A DNA stretch of 64,000 nt from Candidatus Aenigmatarchaeota archaeon (lineage in GTDB: Archaea; Aenigmatarchaeota; Aenigmatarchaeia; GW2011-AR5). The notes under the pieces were generated by a model that was given only the letters and a program-made list of their open reading frames with translations, was not told the origin of the DNA and ran no database searches. The position numbers and the translations under genes were made by a program. Position 1 is the stretch's first letter. Each line of letters opens with the position of its first letter. The DNA lies in contig JBHOSK010000001.1 in assembly GCA_042584825.1 (NCBI GenBank), positions 1,777 through 65,776 on the forward strand. Reading direction: 5' to 3'. This document shows positions 30,171-40,084 of the stretch, piece by piece.

Positions 30171-30521
30171 ATGTCTATCAGTCGACACATATTAGGTAAA
30201 AAAGCTACTTCAGAAATAGAACTTGGAATGCTGCAAATGCAGATTCTTTGGTTACTAAACAGAACACCCGTACATGGATATAGCTTAATGAAAGATTTGA
30301 GTAAAATAAAAAATAAAAAAATCACATCAGGTACACTTTATCCAACGCTTCAAAAATTACTCGATATGAGATATATTGAAAAGAAAAATAAGAAGGGAAA
30401 AATTGTTTACAATACTACAAAGAAAGGAAACAAGGCAATGAAAGATGCATGTAGTGATTTTTGTAAAACATTCCACGGAATTTACCAGGATTTCGTTTGT
30501 AGATCTTGTAAGAAAGAATGA
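30171..30521 (+). CDS. PadR-family transcriptional regulator with Cys-containing C-terminal tail
   Basis: VHGYSLMKDL...SGTLYPTLQKLLDMRYIE matches PadR; tail CSDFCKTFHG...CRSC; directly upstream of the Fe-S genes. Confidence 0.6.
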   Translation: MSISRHILGKKATSEIELGMLQMQILWLLNRTPVHGYSLMKDLSKIKNKKITSGTLYPTLQKLLDMRYIEKKNKKGKIVYNTTKKGNKAMKDACSDFCKTFHGIYQDFVCRSCKKE

Positions 30522-30553
30522 AGTACGGAGTACTCCAATTTGAGATGATTATT

Positions 30554-31726
30554 ATGAAAAAAACAATTTATTTGGATAATGCTGCAACAACCCCAGTAAG
30601 AAAGGAAGTAAAAAAAGAGATGGATAAATATTTTTCAAAAGAATTTGGAAACCCGGGCAGTTTCAATACATTGGGACTTAATGCAAGCCAATCACTGTCT
30701 AAAGCAAGGAAAAAAATAGCAAAAATAATTAACGCAGAACCATCTGAAATAATTTTTACAGGAAGCGGTACAGAAAGCATAAATCTAGCAATAAAAGGCA
30801 TTTGTAGAAAAAAAGGCAAGCACATAATTACATCTTCAGTAGAGCATCATGCGGTTTTACATACATGTAAAGCACTTGAAAAAGAAGGGTTTGATGTTAC
30901 ATATCTGGATGTAGATAAATATGGTTTAGTTGACCCAAAAGAAATAGAAAAGAATATTAGAAAAGACACGATTCTCGTTTCAATAATTTATGCAAATAAT
31001 GAAATTGGTACAATCCAACCCATTCATGAAATCTCAAAAATAACAAAAAAACACGGTATATTATTCCATACCGACGCATGTCAGGCAGCATCACTCAACG
31101 TAGACGTCAAAAAACTTGGTGTTGATTTACTCTCATTTAACGGTAGCAAAATATATGCACCAAAAGGAGTGGGAATGCTTTTTGTGAAAAAAAGAACACA
31201 AATAAAACCAATAATACACGGAGGCTCGCAAGAATTTGGATTACGAGCTGGAACAGAAAACGTACCATACATCGTTGGATTTGCAAAGGCATTGGAACTT
31301 GCTCAAAAAGAAAAATACAAAGAAAACAGAAGATTAGAAAAGCTAAGAAATAAATTAATAAAAGGTATTCTAAAAACAATTCCAAAAACATTTCTAAACG
31401 GACATCCCGTAAAAAGATTGCCCAATAGTGCAAACATAACGTTCTTAGATATTGAAGGCGAAGCACTGATACTATATTTAAATGAACATGGCATACAGGT
31501 TTCAACTGGATCTGCGTGTACATCACACAAACTCGCTCCCTCACACGTTATACTAGCAACCGGACTACCATACGAAGCAGCACACGGTAGTGTTCGTTTT
31601 TCTCTTGGAAAAGATACCACAGAAAAAGACGTTGATTATGTTTTAAAAGTATTACCAGGACTAGTTAAAAAAATAAGAAAAATATCTCCCGTACATTTAG
31701 AAGAAAAGGAGGTTTTGAAAAGATGA
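30554..31726 (+). CDS. iscS: Cysteine desulfurase, class I (IscS/NifS-type)
   Basis: PLP-lysine segment FNGSKIYAPKGVG, SSVEHHAV, active-site Cys loop STGSACTS. Confidence 0.85.
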   Translation: MKKTIYLDNAATTPVRKEVKKEMDKYFSKEFGNPGSFNTLGLNASQSLSKARKKIAKIINAEPSEIIFTGSGTESINLAIKGICRKKGKHIITSSVEHHAVLHTCKALEKEGFDVTYLDVDKYGLVDPKEIEKNIRKDTILVSIIYANNEIGTIQPIHEISKITKKHGILFHTDACQAASLNVDVKKLGVDLLSFNGSKIYAPKGVGMLFVKKRTQIKPIIHGGSQEFGLRAGTENVPYIVGFAKALELAQKEKYKENRRLEKLRNKLIKGILKTIPKTFLNGHPVKRLPNSANITFLDIEGEALILYLNEHGIQVSTGSACTSHKLAPSHVILATGLPYEAAHGSVRFSLGKDTTEKDVDYVLKVLPGLVKKIRKISPVHLEEKEVLKR

Positions 31727-32376
31727 AAACACACAAGGACGTTAATGCAAAGACAAAAGGAAAGAAAACCGAGAAATGGTTTTATACAGACACCGTAAAA
31801 GACCATTTTTTTAGACCAAGGAACCTCCTTCGAACAACAGAAGCTGAAAATTATAAAGCAGATGGTGTAGGCGAAGTGGGAAGCCCAGCCTGCGGCGACG
31901 TAATGAAAATTTGGATAAAGGTTAAAGACGATAAAATAACCGAATGTAAATGGCAAACATTCGGATGTGGTTCAGCAATTGCAAGCACATCAATTTTATC
32001 AGAAATGGTTATTGGTATGAAACTCGATGATGCATTAAAAATAAAACCACACGATATTGTAAAAAAATTGAACGGATTACCACCAAGAAAAATACACTGT
32101 TCTGTTTTGGGTGACAAAGCACTTAGAGAAGCAGTAAATAATTATTTCAGAAAAACAGACCAAGAAGATCGAATTGTGGTCGAAGGCGCTAAGATAATTG
32201 ATAAAATTCTTAAAATAACAGATAAAGACATAGAAGAAGCTGTTTTAGAAGGAGCCTCTAACTTTGAAGAAGTTCAGAAAAAAACAAAAGTAGGTATAAA
32301 AGATAAAAACTGTATACCTCAAGTTAAAGAGCTTATAAAATTTTATAAGGAAAAATATTTTGGGGATGACAAATGA
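31723..32376 (+). CDS. iscU: IscU/NifU-type Fe-S scaffold with ~80-aa C-terminal extension
   Basis: GSPACGDVMK, FGCGSAIASTS and HCSVLG scaffold cysteines/histidine. Confidence 0.75.
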   Translation: MKTHKDVNAKTKGKKTEKWFYTDTVKDHFFRPRNLLRTTEAENYKADGVGEVGSPACGDVMKIWIKVKDDKITECKWQTFGCGSAIASTSILSEMVIGMKLDDALKIKPHDIVKKLNGLPPRKIHCSVLGDKALREAVNNYFRKTDQEDRIVVEGAKIIDKILKITDKDIEEAVLEGASNFEEVQKKTKVGIKDKNCIPQVKELIKFYKEKYFGDDK

Positions 32377-33590
32377 ATATAGAAAAAATAAGAGAGGACT
32401 TTCCTATATTGAAAAGGAAAATAAAAGGCAAACCACTCATCTATTTTGATAATGCAGCAACAACCCAGAGACCATCACAGGTTATAGAAGCTATAAAAAA
32501 TCATTACGAACAAACAAACGCAAACATACACCGCGGTGTTCACACCCTCAGTGAGGAAGCTACAGCATTATACGAAAAATCAAGAAAAACTGTAAAAGAT
32601 TTTATAAATGCAAAATCAGAAAAAGAGATCGTATTTACTAAAGGAACTACAGAAGCAATCAACCTCGTAGCCACAAGCCTTGGATTGAAAAAAGGAGACG
32701 AAGTTGTGACAACCACCATGGAACACCATTCTAACATGGTACCTTGGCAACTGCTAAAAGAGAAGATAGGAATAGACCTAAAGTTTATTGATTTTAAAGA
32801 TGATGGTACTTTTGATCTTAATGAATTTGATAAGAAAATAACAAACAATACAAAAATTGTTTCTGTAGTACACGCATCAAATGTTCTAGGTACAATAAAT
32901 AATGTAAAAGAAATAGGAAAAATAGCACACGATAAAAACGCTTTATTTATGATTGATGGTGCACAAAGTGCACCACACATAGATATTGATGTTAAGAAAA
33001 TAGGATGTGATTTCTTTGCACTTTCTGCTCACAAAATGCTAGGACCAACAGGAATCGGAGCACTTTATGCTAAAAAAGACATATTAGAAAAAATGTCACC
33101 TTATCAGGGAGGAGGAGAGATGATAAATGAAGTTTTTCTTGACAAAGTCATATGGAATGAAATACCGTGGAAATTTGAAGCAGGTACGCCAAATATAGCA
33201 GGTGCCGTTGGTTTTGGAGCAGCAATTAATTACTTGACTAAACTAGGAATGAATAATGTAAGAAAACATGAGATTTCTTTAACTAAATATGCTATTGATA
33301 AAATGTCTGAGACAACAGGAATAACATTATTTGGTCCAACCGATATCGAACAAAAAACATCTGTTATTTCGTTCAATCTTGGAGATATTCATTCACACGA
33401 TGTTGCAACGATTCTAGATGGTGAAGGTATTGCCATACGTTCAGGTTATCATTGTGCACAACCATTGGTGGAGCACTACAAACAAAAATCAATGTCACGT
33501 GCAAGTTTATATATCTATAATACAAAAGAGGAAATCGATGCCTTTATCGCAGCAATCAATAAGGCAAAAAAGATTTTCAATATAAGTTGA
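32373..33590 (+). CDS. sufS: Cysteine desulfurase, class II (SufS/CsdA-type)
   Basis: HKMLGPTGIGALY PLP-lysine and the RSGYHCAQP active-site Cys loop. Confidence 0.85.
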   Translation: MNIEKIREDFPILKRKIKGKPLIYFDNAATTQRPSQVIEAIKNHYEQTNANIHRGVHTLSEEATALYEKSRKTVKDFINAKSEKEIVFTKGTTEAINLVATSLGLKKGDEVVTTTMEHHSNMVPWQLLKEKIGIDLKFIDFKDDGTFDLNEFDKKITNNTKIVSVVHASNVLGTINNVKEIGKIAHDKNALFMIDGAQSAPHIDIDVKKIGCDFFALSAHKMLGPTGIGALYAKKDILEKMSPYQGGGEMINEVFLDKVIWNEIPWKFEAGTPNIAGAVGFGAAINYLTKLGMNNVRKHEISLTKYAIDKMSETTGITLFGPTDIEQKTSVISFNLGDIHSHDVATILDGEGIAIRSGYHCAQPLVEHYKQKSMSRASLYIYNTKEEIDAFIAAINKAKKIFNIS

Positions 33591-33594
33591 TAAA

Positions 33595-33969
33595 ATGGTA
33601 AAATACGAAGAATTAATTATTGATTATTATAGAAATCCAAGAAACAAAGGAATTATAGAAAACCCCGACATAAAGGAACACATTTCAAACCCTGTTTGTG
33701 GAGATTCTATAACAATATACATGAGAATAAAATCAGACATAATAGAAGAAATAAAATTCATGGGAAACGGTTGTGCTATTTCTATGGCAGCTATATCAAT
33801 GTTTTGTGAAAAGGCTGAAGGATTATTTTTAAAAGACGTAGAAAAAATGACAGAAGAGGATATTAAAAAAATGTTAAATATCGACCTATCACCATCTAGG
33901 GAAAAATGTGCTACACTAGGATTTCATATAGTACAAAAAGGCATTTTTGAGTATAATAAAAAGCCTTAA
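33595..33969 (+). CDS. sufU: SufU/IscU-like sulfur-transfer protein
   Basis: NPVCGDSITIY ... GNGCAISMAA ... C pattern in 124 aa. Confidence 0.7.
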   Translation: MVKYEELIIDYYRNPRNKGIIENPDIKEHISNPVCGDSITIYMRIKSDIIEEIKFMGNGCAISMAAISMFCEKAEGLFLKDVEKMTEEDIKKMLNIDLSPSREKCATLGFHIVQKGIFEYNKKP

Positions 33970-33992
33970 TAGATTAATGTCGTAATGTTTTA

Positions 33993-34277
33993 TTGATGAT
34001 TGGTATTTCTTCGAGAAAGATAAAACACGGGAAACTTGTGAAAGTTGTTTTAGATTTCAATGATGCAATTAATGAAGTAGAGATTAGTGGAGATTTCTTC
34101 ATATATCCAGAAACGTCACTTTCAATTATAGAATCATCTTTGAGAGGCCTTGACGTAAGAGAACCAAATTCATGCGTAAAAAGGAAAATAGACGACATAA
34201 TACGAAAAAATAAAATGGAAGTTATAGGGTTTTCTTCATCAGATTTAGCCGAGATTATAAAGGAGGCTATGTTATGA
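33993..34277 (+). CDS. Lipoate-protein ligase accessory (C-terminal) domain protein, LplB-like
   Basis: About 94 aa immediately upstream of, and overlapping, the LplA catalytic-domain gene, as in the split archaeal LplA/LplB system. Confidence 0.45.
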   Translation: MMIGISSRKIKHGKLVKVVLDFNDAINEVEISGDFFIYPETSLSIIESSLRGLDVREPNSCVKRKIDDIIRKNKMEVIGFSSSDLAEIIKEAML

Positions 34278-35017
34278 ATTGGAGACTTATTGGCCCTGAA
34301 AAGCACGATGCCTTTATGAACCTAGCCCTAGAAGAAGCCTGTATTTCTTCAGTGAAATCAGGAAAAGTATTACCGACAATAAGATTTTATGAATGGAAAA
34401 ATAGTTCTGTTGTTGTTGGTTATTTTCAGAAAATTTTAGACGAACTAGATATCTCTGCCTGTGAAAAAAATAAAATTGACGTAACTCGTCGTATAACCGG
34501 CGGCGGCGCAATGTATCTCGACACTGTTGGAGAAGTAACTTTTTCTGTAATTGCTCCAGCAAGTATGTTACCAGGAATAAATGAATCATATAGAGAAGTT
34601 TGTGGATGGCTTGTTAATGGATTGAAAAATATAGGACTATCTGCAGAATTTAGACCAATTAATGATGTTATCATAAACGAGAAGAAGATATCAGGTAGTG
34701 CAATGACTCGTAGAGGTAACGTAGTAATGCTTCATGGTACACTATTACACAAAGTTGATCCAGACAGAATGTTCAAATTTTTAACACCCTCAGGTAAGAA
34801 GTTATCAGACAAACAAATAAAGAACATTAAAGAGTATGTCACAGCAGTCTCTCATCACAGCGAAATATCAAAAAAAGAACTAGTTGATGAAATAATATAC
34901 GCATTTATACGTGGAAAGAACATCGAGGAATCTGACTGGACACGAACAGAATTAAAAACAGCAACAGCCCTCGTAGATAATAAATACAAAACAAAAGAAT
35001 GGGTATTTAGGAGATAA
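34274..35017 (+). CDS. lplA: Lipoate-protein ligase A, catalytic (BPL/LPL) domain
   Basis: RRITGGGAMYLD and KISGSAM (catalytic Lys) motifs. Confidence 0.8.
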   Translation: MNWRLIGPEKHDAFMNLALEEACISSVKSGKVLPTIRFYEWKNSSVVVGYFQKILDELDISACEKNKIDVTRRITGGGAMYLDTVGEVTFSVIAPASMLPGINESYREVCGWLVNGLKNIGLSAEFRPINDVIINEKKISGSAMTRRGNVVMLHGTLLHKVDPDRMFKFLTPSGKKLSDKQIKNIKEYVTAVSHHSEISKKELVDEIIYAFIRGKNIEESDWTRTELKTATALVDNKYKTKEWVFRR

Positions 35018-35018
35018 T

Positions 35019-35759
35019 ATGAAAAACAATGTAAGAGTTGCAGCAGCTCAGATAAAACTCACACACAGTATTAATAAAAATATAGATAAAATATCAAAAT
35101 TTGTTGAAAAAGCAGCAAAAAAGAAGTGTGATATTGTTTGTTTTCCTGAAGAATCGACATTTCAAAAAGAAGATAAAATTAATGATAAAGTTATGATCGA
35201 GATAAATAATGGAATAAACAAAATAAGAGAAAAATGTAGAGAACACAAAATATGGATCATACTCCCCACTTATGAAAAAGTTGGTAAGAAAATATACAAC
35301 ACAGCACTTGTTATTAATAGAAAAGGTACCGTAGTTGGTAAAATAAAGAAAAAGCACCTATGGAGATACGAAAAGAAATCTGTTTCTCCTGGTAGTAGCA
35401 AAGTAATAAAAACAGAATTTGGAAAAATAGCTGTGATAATATGTTGGGATTTTGCATTTCCAACATATATTCAGTCTCTAAGCAAAAAAGGCGCACGTAT
35501 TATATTTTGTCCATCTTTTCTTGTAGCTCATGTTGGTACAGAAAAGTTAATGGAATCTGTTCCTATTGTAAGAGCATTTGAAAACATCGCGTATTATGTT
35601 ACTTGTGACGCAATCACCAGCAGAACAGCATCACGCTCCTTTATAGCTTCACCATACTCTATTCTAAGAAAAATAGAAAAGAAAGAAGGAATGATATATG
35701 CCGATCTTGACCTAAAACGCATCGATAAAATGAGAAAAAGTTTTGATACGTTGTGTTAA
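35019..35759 (+). CDS. Carbon-nitrogen hydrolase (nitrilase superfamily amidase)
   Basis: Glu-Lys-Cys triad context: CFPEES, KKHLW and ICWDFAFP. Confidence 0.7.
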   Translation: MKNNVRVAAAQIKLTHSINKNIDKISKFVEKAAKKKCDIVCFPEESTFQKEDKINDKVMIEINNGINKIREKCREHKIWIILPTYEKVGKKIYNTALVINRKGTVVGKIKKKHLWRYEKKSVSPGSSKVIKTEFGKIAVIICWDFAFPTYIQSLSKKGARIIFCPSFLVAHVGTEKLMESVPIVRAFENIAYYVTCDAITSRTASRSFIASPYSILRKIEKKEGMIYADLDLKRIDKMRKSFDTLC

Positions 35760-36589
35760 TCAATAATCATTCCATCATAAGACGCAAACATATTTTCAGG
35801 AAGCATCTTCTGAAATTCATCATGAGTTTTCCATAAAATATTTGAAATACTGTGAAACACAACCTTTTTCGGGTTAATTTCTTCTATTACTTTAAAAATA
35901 TCATCATCATGCAAATGATCTGGATCTGCAAACATTCTACCATCACAACGTTTAAGATAAGGGTGTTCTTTTGGCATCTCCTTCTCAAAAAGAAACGTTC
36001 CATCCGTTATCAAAACATCAATATTTTTTAGAAACTTCTTTGAGATTTCAGGTATCTTATAAAAATCAGCCATATAAGCAATCTTTTTATCAAACACAAA
36101 CCCAAACGTATTTTCCAATTCTTCTTCCTTTAGATCTTTATCAAATCTACTCATGTGATAAATAGGAAAAGGTATTATTTCCACACCATTTATCTTAACT
36201 TCCTTTAGTGGTTTTAATACATTAATTTCTTTTTTAATATGTGCAAAATTCTTTTCTAACCAATCATTTGTTTTTTGTGAGCAATGTATTGTAATCGGAT
36301 TTCTATATGCCCAAGAATCAAGCTCAAGTAAACCATACATATGATCAAAATGCCAATGACTAACTAAAAAATCATTTATTTTTGGCAGATTAAATTTTTG
36401 TGAAATCAATCTTATGTCAGGCGGTATTTCAACCAAGAAAGATTTATTTTTATTTTCAATCTCAAAACATGGTCTGAAGCGGAACTCTTTTTTATCCGGG
36501 TTCTCCCAAGCCATCTTACTGATTTTATCTTTTGCAAACGGTCCTGGGGTTCCTTCCCAACCACCTGAACCCAATACTCTAATTTTCAT
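35756..36589 (-). CDS. Metallo-beta-lactamase-fold hydrolase
   Basis: VSHWHFDH motif. Confidence 0.6.
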   Translation of the reverse strand: MKIRVLGSGGWEGTPGPFAKDKISKMAWENPDKKEFRFRPCFEIENKNKSFLVEIPPDIRLISQKFNLPKINDFLVSHWHFDHMYGLLELDSWAYRNPITIHCSQKTNDWLEKNFAHIKKEINVLKPLKEVKINGVEIIPFPIYHMSRFDKDLKEEELENTFGFVFDKKIAYMADFYKIPEISKKFLKNIDVLITDGTFLFEKEMPKEHPYLKRCDGRMFADPDHLHDDDIFKVIEEINPKKVVFHSISNILWKTHDEFQKMLPENMFASYDGMIID

Positions 36590-36613
36590 ATAAATAGAAT
36601 AGCAGCAACGCTT

Positions 36614-37915
36614 TTATTTACTTTCTATCAATAACTCTCCAGGATCTTCTAAATATTCTTTTAACTTATTCGCAAAGCGGGCTGCTTCTCCACCATCTGT
36701 TACCCTGTGATCAAATGTTAATGAAATAGGCATTATAGATCTTATCTGGATTTTACCATCAATAACAACAGGTTTTTCTCTTATGGATCCAGTCCCCAAT
36801 ATTGCAACTTCAGGATAATTTATTATCGGTGTGGCGTATGTACCTCCAAACGAACCAACATTGGTTATTGTAAATGTACCACCTTTCAAATCACCCAAAT
36901 CCAGTTTTCTTTCTCGTGCCTTTTCTGATAATTCACCCAATTCTTTTGCAATATCTAAAATTGTTTTTTCATTAGCTACTTTTATTACAGGAACTATCAA
37001 CCCATCTGGTGTGTCAACAGCAACACCGATATTGTAGTATTCTTTTAGTATAACCTCTTCGTGTTCTTCATCTATTGAGGCATTTAGATAAGGATGTTCT
37101 TTTAACGAAGCAATAAGGGCCTTTACAATAAAAGGTAAGAATGTTAAATGAATTCCATTTTTCTTTGCCTTTTTCTTTTCTCTAGCACGTAACGCTACGA
37201 GATCAGTAACATCAACATCATCCATATGGCTTACATGAACAGTAGTTAAATGAGCTTTTGTTAAATTCTTTGCCACGGCCTTTCTAATTCCCTTTAATGG
37301 TATGCGTTTTATGTGGCCATAAAAATCATATTTTCTTGAAACAGTTACAGCTGGATGTGGTTCTACTTTTGTCATGCCTGTTTTTTCACCAGCAAACTTA
37401 CGTACATCTTCTTGAGTTATTCGATCATTCTTACCAGTACCTTTTATTTTGTTTATATCAACACTAAGATCCCTTGCAAGTCTGCGCGTAGCAGGTGTTG
37501 CAATGACGTGATCTGATTTTGTAGATTGAGGTTCAACAACACGAGGTTTCGAAGAAGTGTCTACATCTTTTGCTTCTTCTAGTTCGCCAACAACCGATGC
37601 AGTTTTAGGTGACGCAATCTTTTTTTCCTTTACGGGTTTTTCTGCTTCCTCATGAACGTCATCATTCTTATCCCCAATAGTAACCAAAACTTCACCAACT
37701 TTTACAGTATCACCCGCTTTATGGTATATTTTTAGAATTGTACCGGCTCTTGGTGATGGTATATCTACCACAGCCTTATCGGTTTCCATTTTTAACATTG
37801 CTTGGTCTTGATCAATATAATCTCCTTCTTTCACTAACCATTCTACAACCTCACCTTCAGTTATACCTTCACCAACATCAGGGAATTTAAAATCAGTTTT
37901 TGTCATACTAAACAC
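36614..37915 (-). CDS. Dihydrolipoamide acyltransferase (E2) of a 2-oxoacid dehydrogenase complex
   Basis: Lipoyl domain ETDKAVVDIPSP, Ala/Pro linker, E1-binding domain, catalytic DHRVTDG. Confidence 0.85.
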   Translation of the reverse strand: MFSMTKTDFKFPDVGEGITEGEVVEWLVKEGDYIDQDQAMLKMETDKAVVDIPSPRAGTILKIYHKAGDTVKVGEVLVTIGDKNDDVHEEAEKPVKEKKIASPKTASVVGELEEAKDVDTSSKPRVVEPQSTKSDHVIATPATRRLARDLSVDINKIKGTGKNDRITQEDVRKFAGEKTGMTKVEPHPAVTVSRKYDFYGHIKRIPLKGIRKAVAKNLTKAHLTTVHVSHMDDVDVTDLVALRAREKKKAKKNGIHLTFLPFIVKALIASLKEHPYLNASIDEEHEEVILKEYYNIGVAVDTPDGLIVPVIKVANEKTILDIAKELGELSEKARERKLDLGDLKGGTFTITNVGSFGGTYATPIINYPEVAILGTGSIREKPVVIDGKIQIRSIMPISLTFDHRVTDGGEAARFANKLKEYLEDPGELLIESK

Positions 37916-37930
37916 TTCAATTTTAATTAA

Positions 37931-38917
37931 TTAAAACTTAGCTGTACCCAAAATACCGTGCAATATTCTTTTTGGATTAGGCAAATAATGGCCTTCTAGT
38001 TTGGATAATGGGAATGGTGTATCAAATCCCGTTACTCTCTTAACAGGAGCTTCCAAACTTAACAAAGCTCTTTCATTTATCATTGCAATTATTTCTGCAC
38101 CAATACCACACGTTTTAGGGGCTTCATGAACAATAACACATCGCCCAGTTTTCTTAACAGATTTTGCAATAGTATCAAAATCAAGTGGAGATATTGTTTG
38201 CAAATCAATTATTTCACACGACACCTTTTGTTTCTCAGCTTCTTCAACAGCCTCTTTAGTATATTTCATCATTGCACCATATGAAATAACGCTAACATCT
38301 TTACCTTCTTTTTCTACATTTGCTTTACCTAACGGCAACGCGAATGATTCTTCAGGAACATCTTCTTTTATTGCACGATAAACTCTTTTTGGTTCAAGAA
38401 AAACAACAGGATCAGGATCTTTTATTGACGAAATTAATAGACCCTTTGCATTATAGGGCCTTGAAGGTATTACAACCTTTATTCCAGGTACAGCAGCGTA
38501 AACAGTTTCCATGCTTTCTGAATGATGTTCTGGTGCATGTATTCCACCAGAATAAGGTGTTCGAACAACCAAAGGAACAGTATACCTTCCACGTGATCTG
38601 TTTCGTAATCTTCCAGCATGCGAAACCAATTGATCAAACGCTGGTGGTAAAAATCCTGAAAATTGTATCTCTGCTACAGGCTTGAGGCCATAAACAGCCA
38701 TGCCAATTGCGCATCCAACTATGCCTAGTTCCGCTAGGGGTGTATCCATGACGCGCTCTTTACCAAATTTCTTAAATAAACCATCAGTGACACGAAAAAC
38801 ACCACCATCTATTCCAACATCTTCCCCAAGCAAAATCACATCCTTATCATTTTCCATTGCATTGGATAGTGCACTATTGATCGCTTGAACCATGTTCATT
38901 ATTGTCATTTTTTTCAA
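37931..38917 (-). CDS. 2-oxoacid dehydrogenase E1 component, beta subunit
   Basis: Transketolase-like pyrimidine-binding and C-terminal domains; overlaps the alpha-subunit gene. Confidence 0.85.
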   Translation of the reverse strand: MKKMTIMNMVQAINSALSNAMENDKDVILLGEDVGIDGGVFRVTDGLFKKFGKERVMDTPLAELGIVGCAIGMAVYGLKPVAEIQFSGFLPPAFDQLVSHAGRLRNRSRGRYTVPLVVRTPYSGGIHAPEHHSESMETVYAAVPGIKVVIPSRPYNAKGLLISSIKDPDPVVFLEPKRVYRAIKEDVPEESFALPLGKANVEKEGKDVSVISYGAMMKYTKEAVEEAEKQKVSCEIIDLQTISPLDFDTIAKSVKKTGRCVIVHEAPKTCGIGAEIIAMINERALLSLEAPVKRVTGFDTPFPLSKLEGHYLPNPKRILHGILGTAKF

Positions 38918-40055
38918 CCTCTTTTAGTTCTTCTAGTTGTTCTTTCAACTGTGGTGTCATTTCTTTGTACGTATACGAGAAAATATCTTCTATAGCCGGA
39001 GGCGTCAGTGATTCGTATTTTTGTACAATACTCTCAATCATTTTTTTAGCTTCTTCCCTCAGGGTTGCCTCATCTTTTTTATTCCAAATCTTTTTTGTTA
39101 CCATATATCTTCTTAGTCTTTCAATAGGATCTTTCTTTTTCCATTCATCTACTTCCTTTTGTGAACGATAGCGAGCAGAATCATCAGACGTTGTATGATG
39201 ACCCACCCTATAAGTAAAGCATTCCAATAATGTTGCACCCTTTCCTTCTTTCGCACGTTTTAATGCTTCTTGGGTTGCAGCATAAACAGCAAAAACATCA
39301 TTTCCATCAACACGAATTCCATTAATACCATAAGCCAGTGCCTTTTGTGCTATTGTTTTGGCGGCTGTTTGATTTTTAACAGGAATAGATATTGCATATT
39401 GATTATTACTACAAACAAATATAACAGGCGCTTTGAAAACACCAGAAAAATTTAATCCTTCGTGAAAATCACCTTTTGAAGTAGCACCATCACCAAAATA
39501 AACCATTGTTGCCGATTTCTTTTTCTTTATTTTCATTGCCCACGCCGTACCAACTGCATGTGTTATTTGGGTACCAACAGGAATTGCTGCAGTAAAAACA
39601 TTCATGTTTTCTGGTACCTGCTCTCCCTTTTCATCACCACCCCAAAACTGATATAACATATGCATAGGATAATTTCTTGCTATGTATGCACCGTGTTCCC
39701 TGAAAGAAGGAAATAGCCAATCATCTTTTGCTAACGCAAAAGCAGTACCAACATGACTAGCTTCTTCACCAAGACTAGATGCCCAAGTTCCCATTCTACC
39801 CTGTTTTTGCAAATTCAAGGCCTTATCATCAAATAACCTTGTTGTAACCATGTATTCGTACATCTTTCTTATCTGTTCATTATCCAACTTGGGCATTAAT
39901 TTACTATCACATTTTCCATTTTCATCTAGTATTTGTAGAAAGTCTACAGAAAATGACCCGATCTTCTTTTGAGGCATGAATAATATTATACGAGAGCCAG
40001 TAAATAAAACTTTTGTTATCCCAATTACCGAAACATTACCCAGAATCAAGAACAT
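38874..40055 (-). CDS. 2-oxoacid dehydrogenase E1 component, alpha subunit (TPP-binding)
   Basis: GDGATSKGDFHEGLNFSG...N TPP motif; the true start is probably the internal MPQKK near 39977. Confidence 0.85.
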   Translation of the reverse strand: MFLILGNVSVIGITKVLFTGSRIILFMPQKKIGSFSVDFLQILDENGKCDSKLMPKLDNEQIRKMYEYMVTTRLFDDKALNLQKQGRMGTWASSLGEEASHVGTAFALAKDDWLFPSFREHGAYIARNYPMHMLYQFWGGDEKGEQVPENMNVFTAAIPVGTQITHAVGTAWAMKIKKKKSATMVYFGDGATSKGDFHEGLNFSGVFKAPVIFVCSNNQYAISIPVKNQTAAKTIAQKALAYGINGIRVDGNDVFAVYAATQEALKRAKEGKGATLLECFTYRVGHHTTSDDSARYRSQKEVDEWKKKDPIERLRRYMVTKKIWNKKDEATLREEAKKMIESIVQKYESLTPPAIEDIFSYTYKEMTPQLKEQLEELKEVEKNDNNEHGSSDQ

Positions 40056-40084
40056 TTAAAAACTTTTGCTAGTCATGAAATGGC

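Noticed and set aside
38874-40055. Dihydrolipoamide dehydrogenase (E3) gene next to E1/E2
   Set aside because: No FAD/NAD Rossmann-motif ORF of suitable size lies adjacent. The downstream 300-aa ORF (40085..40987) lacks GxGxxG motifs, so E3 is absent from this window.
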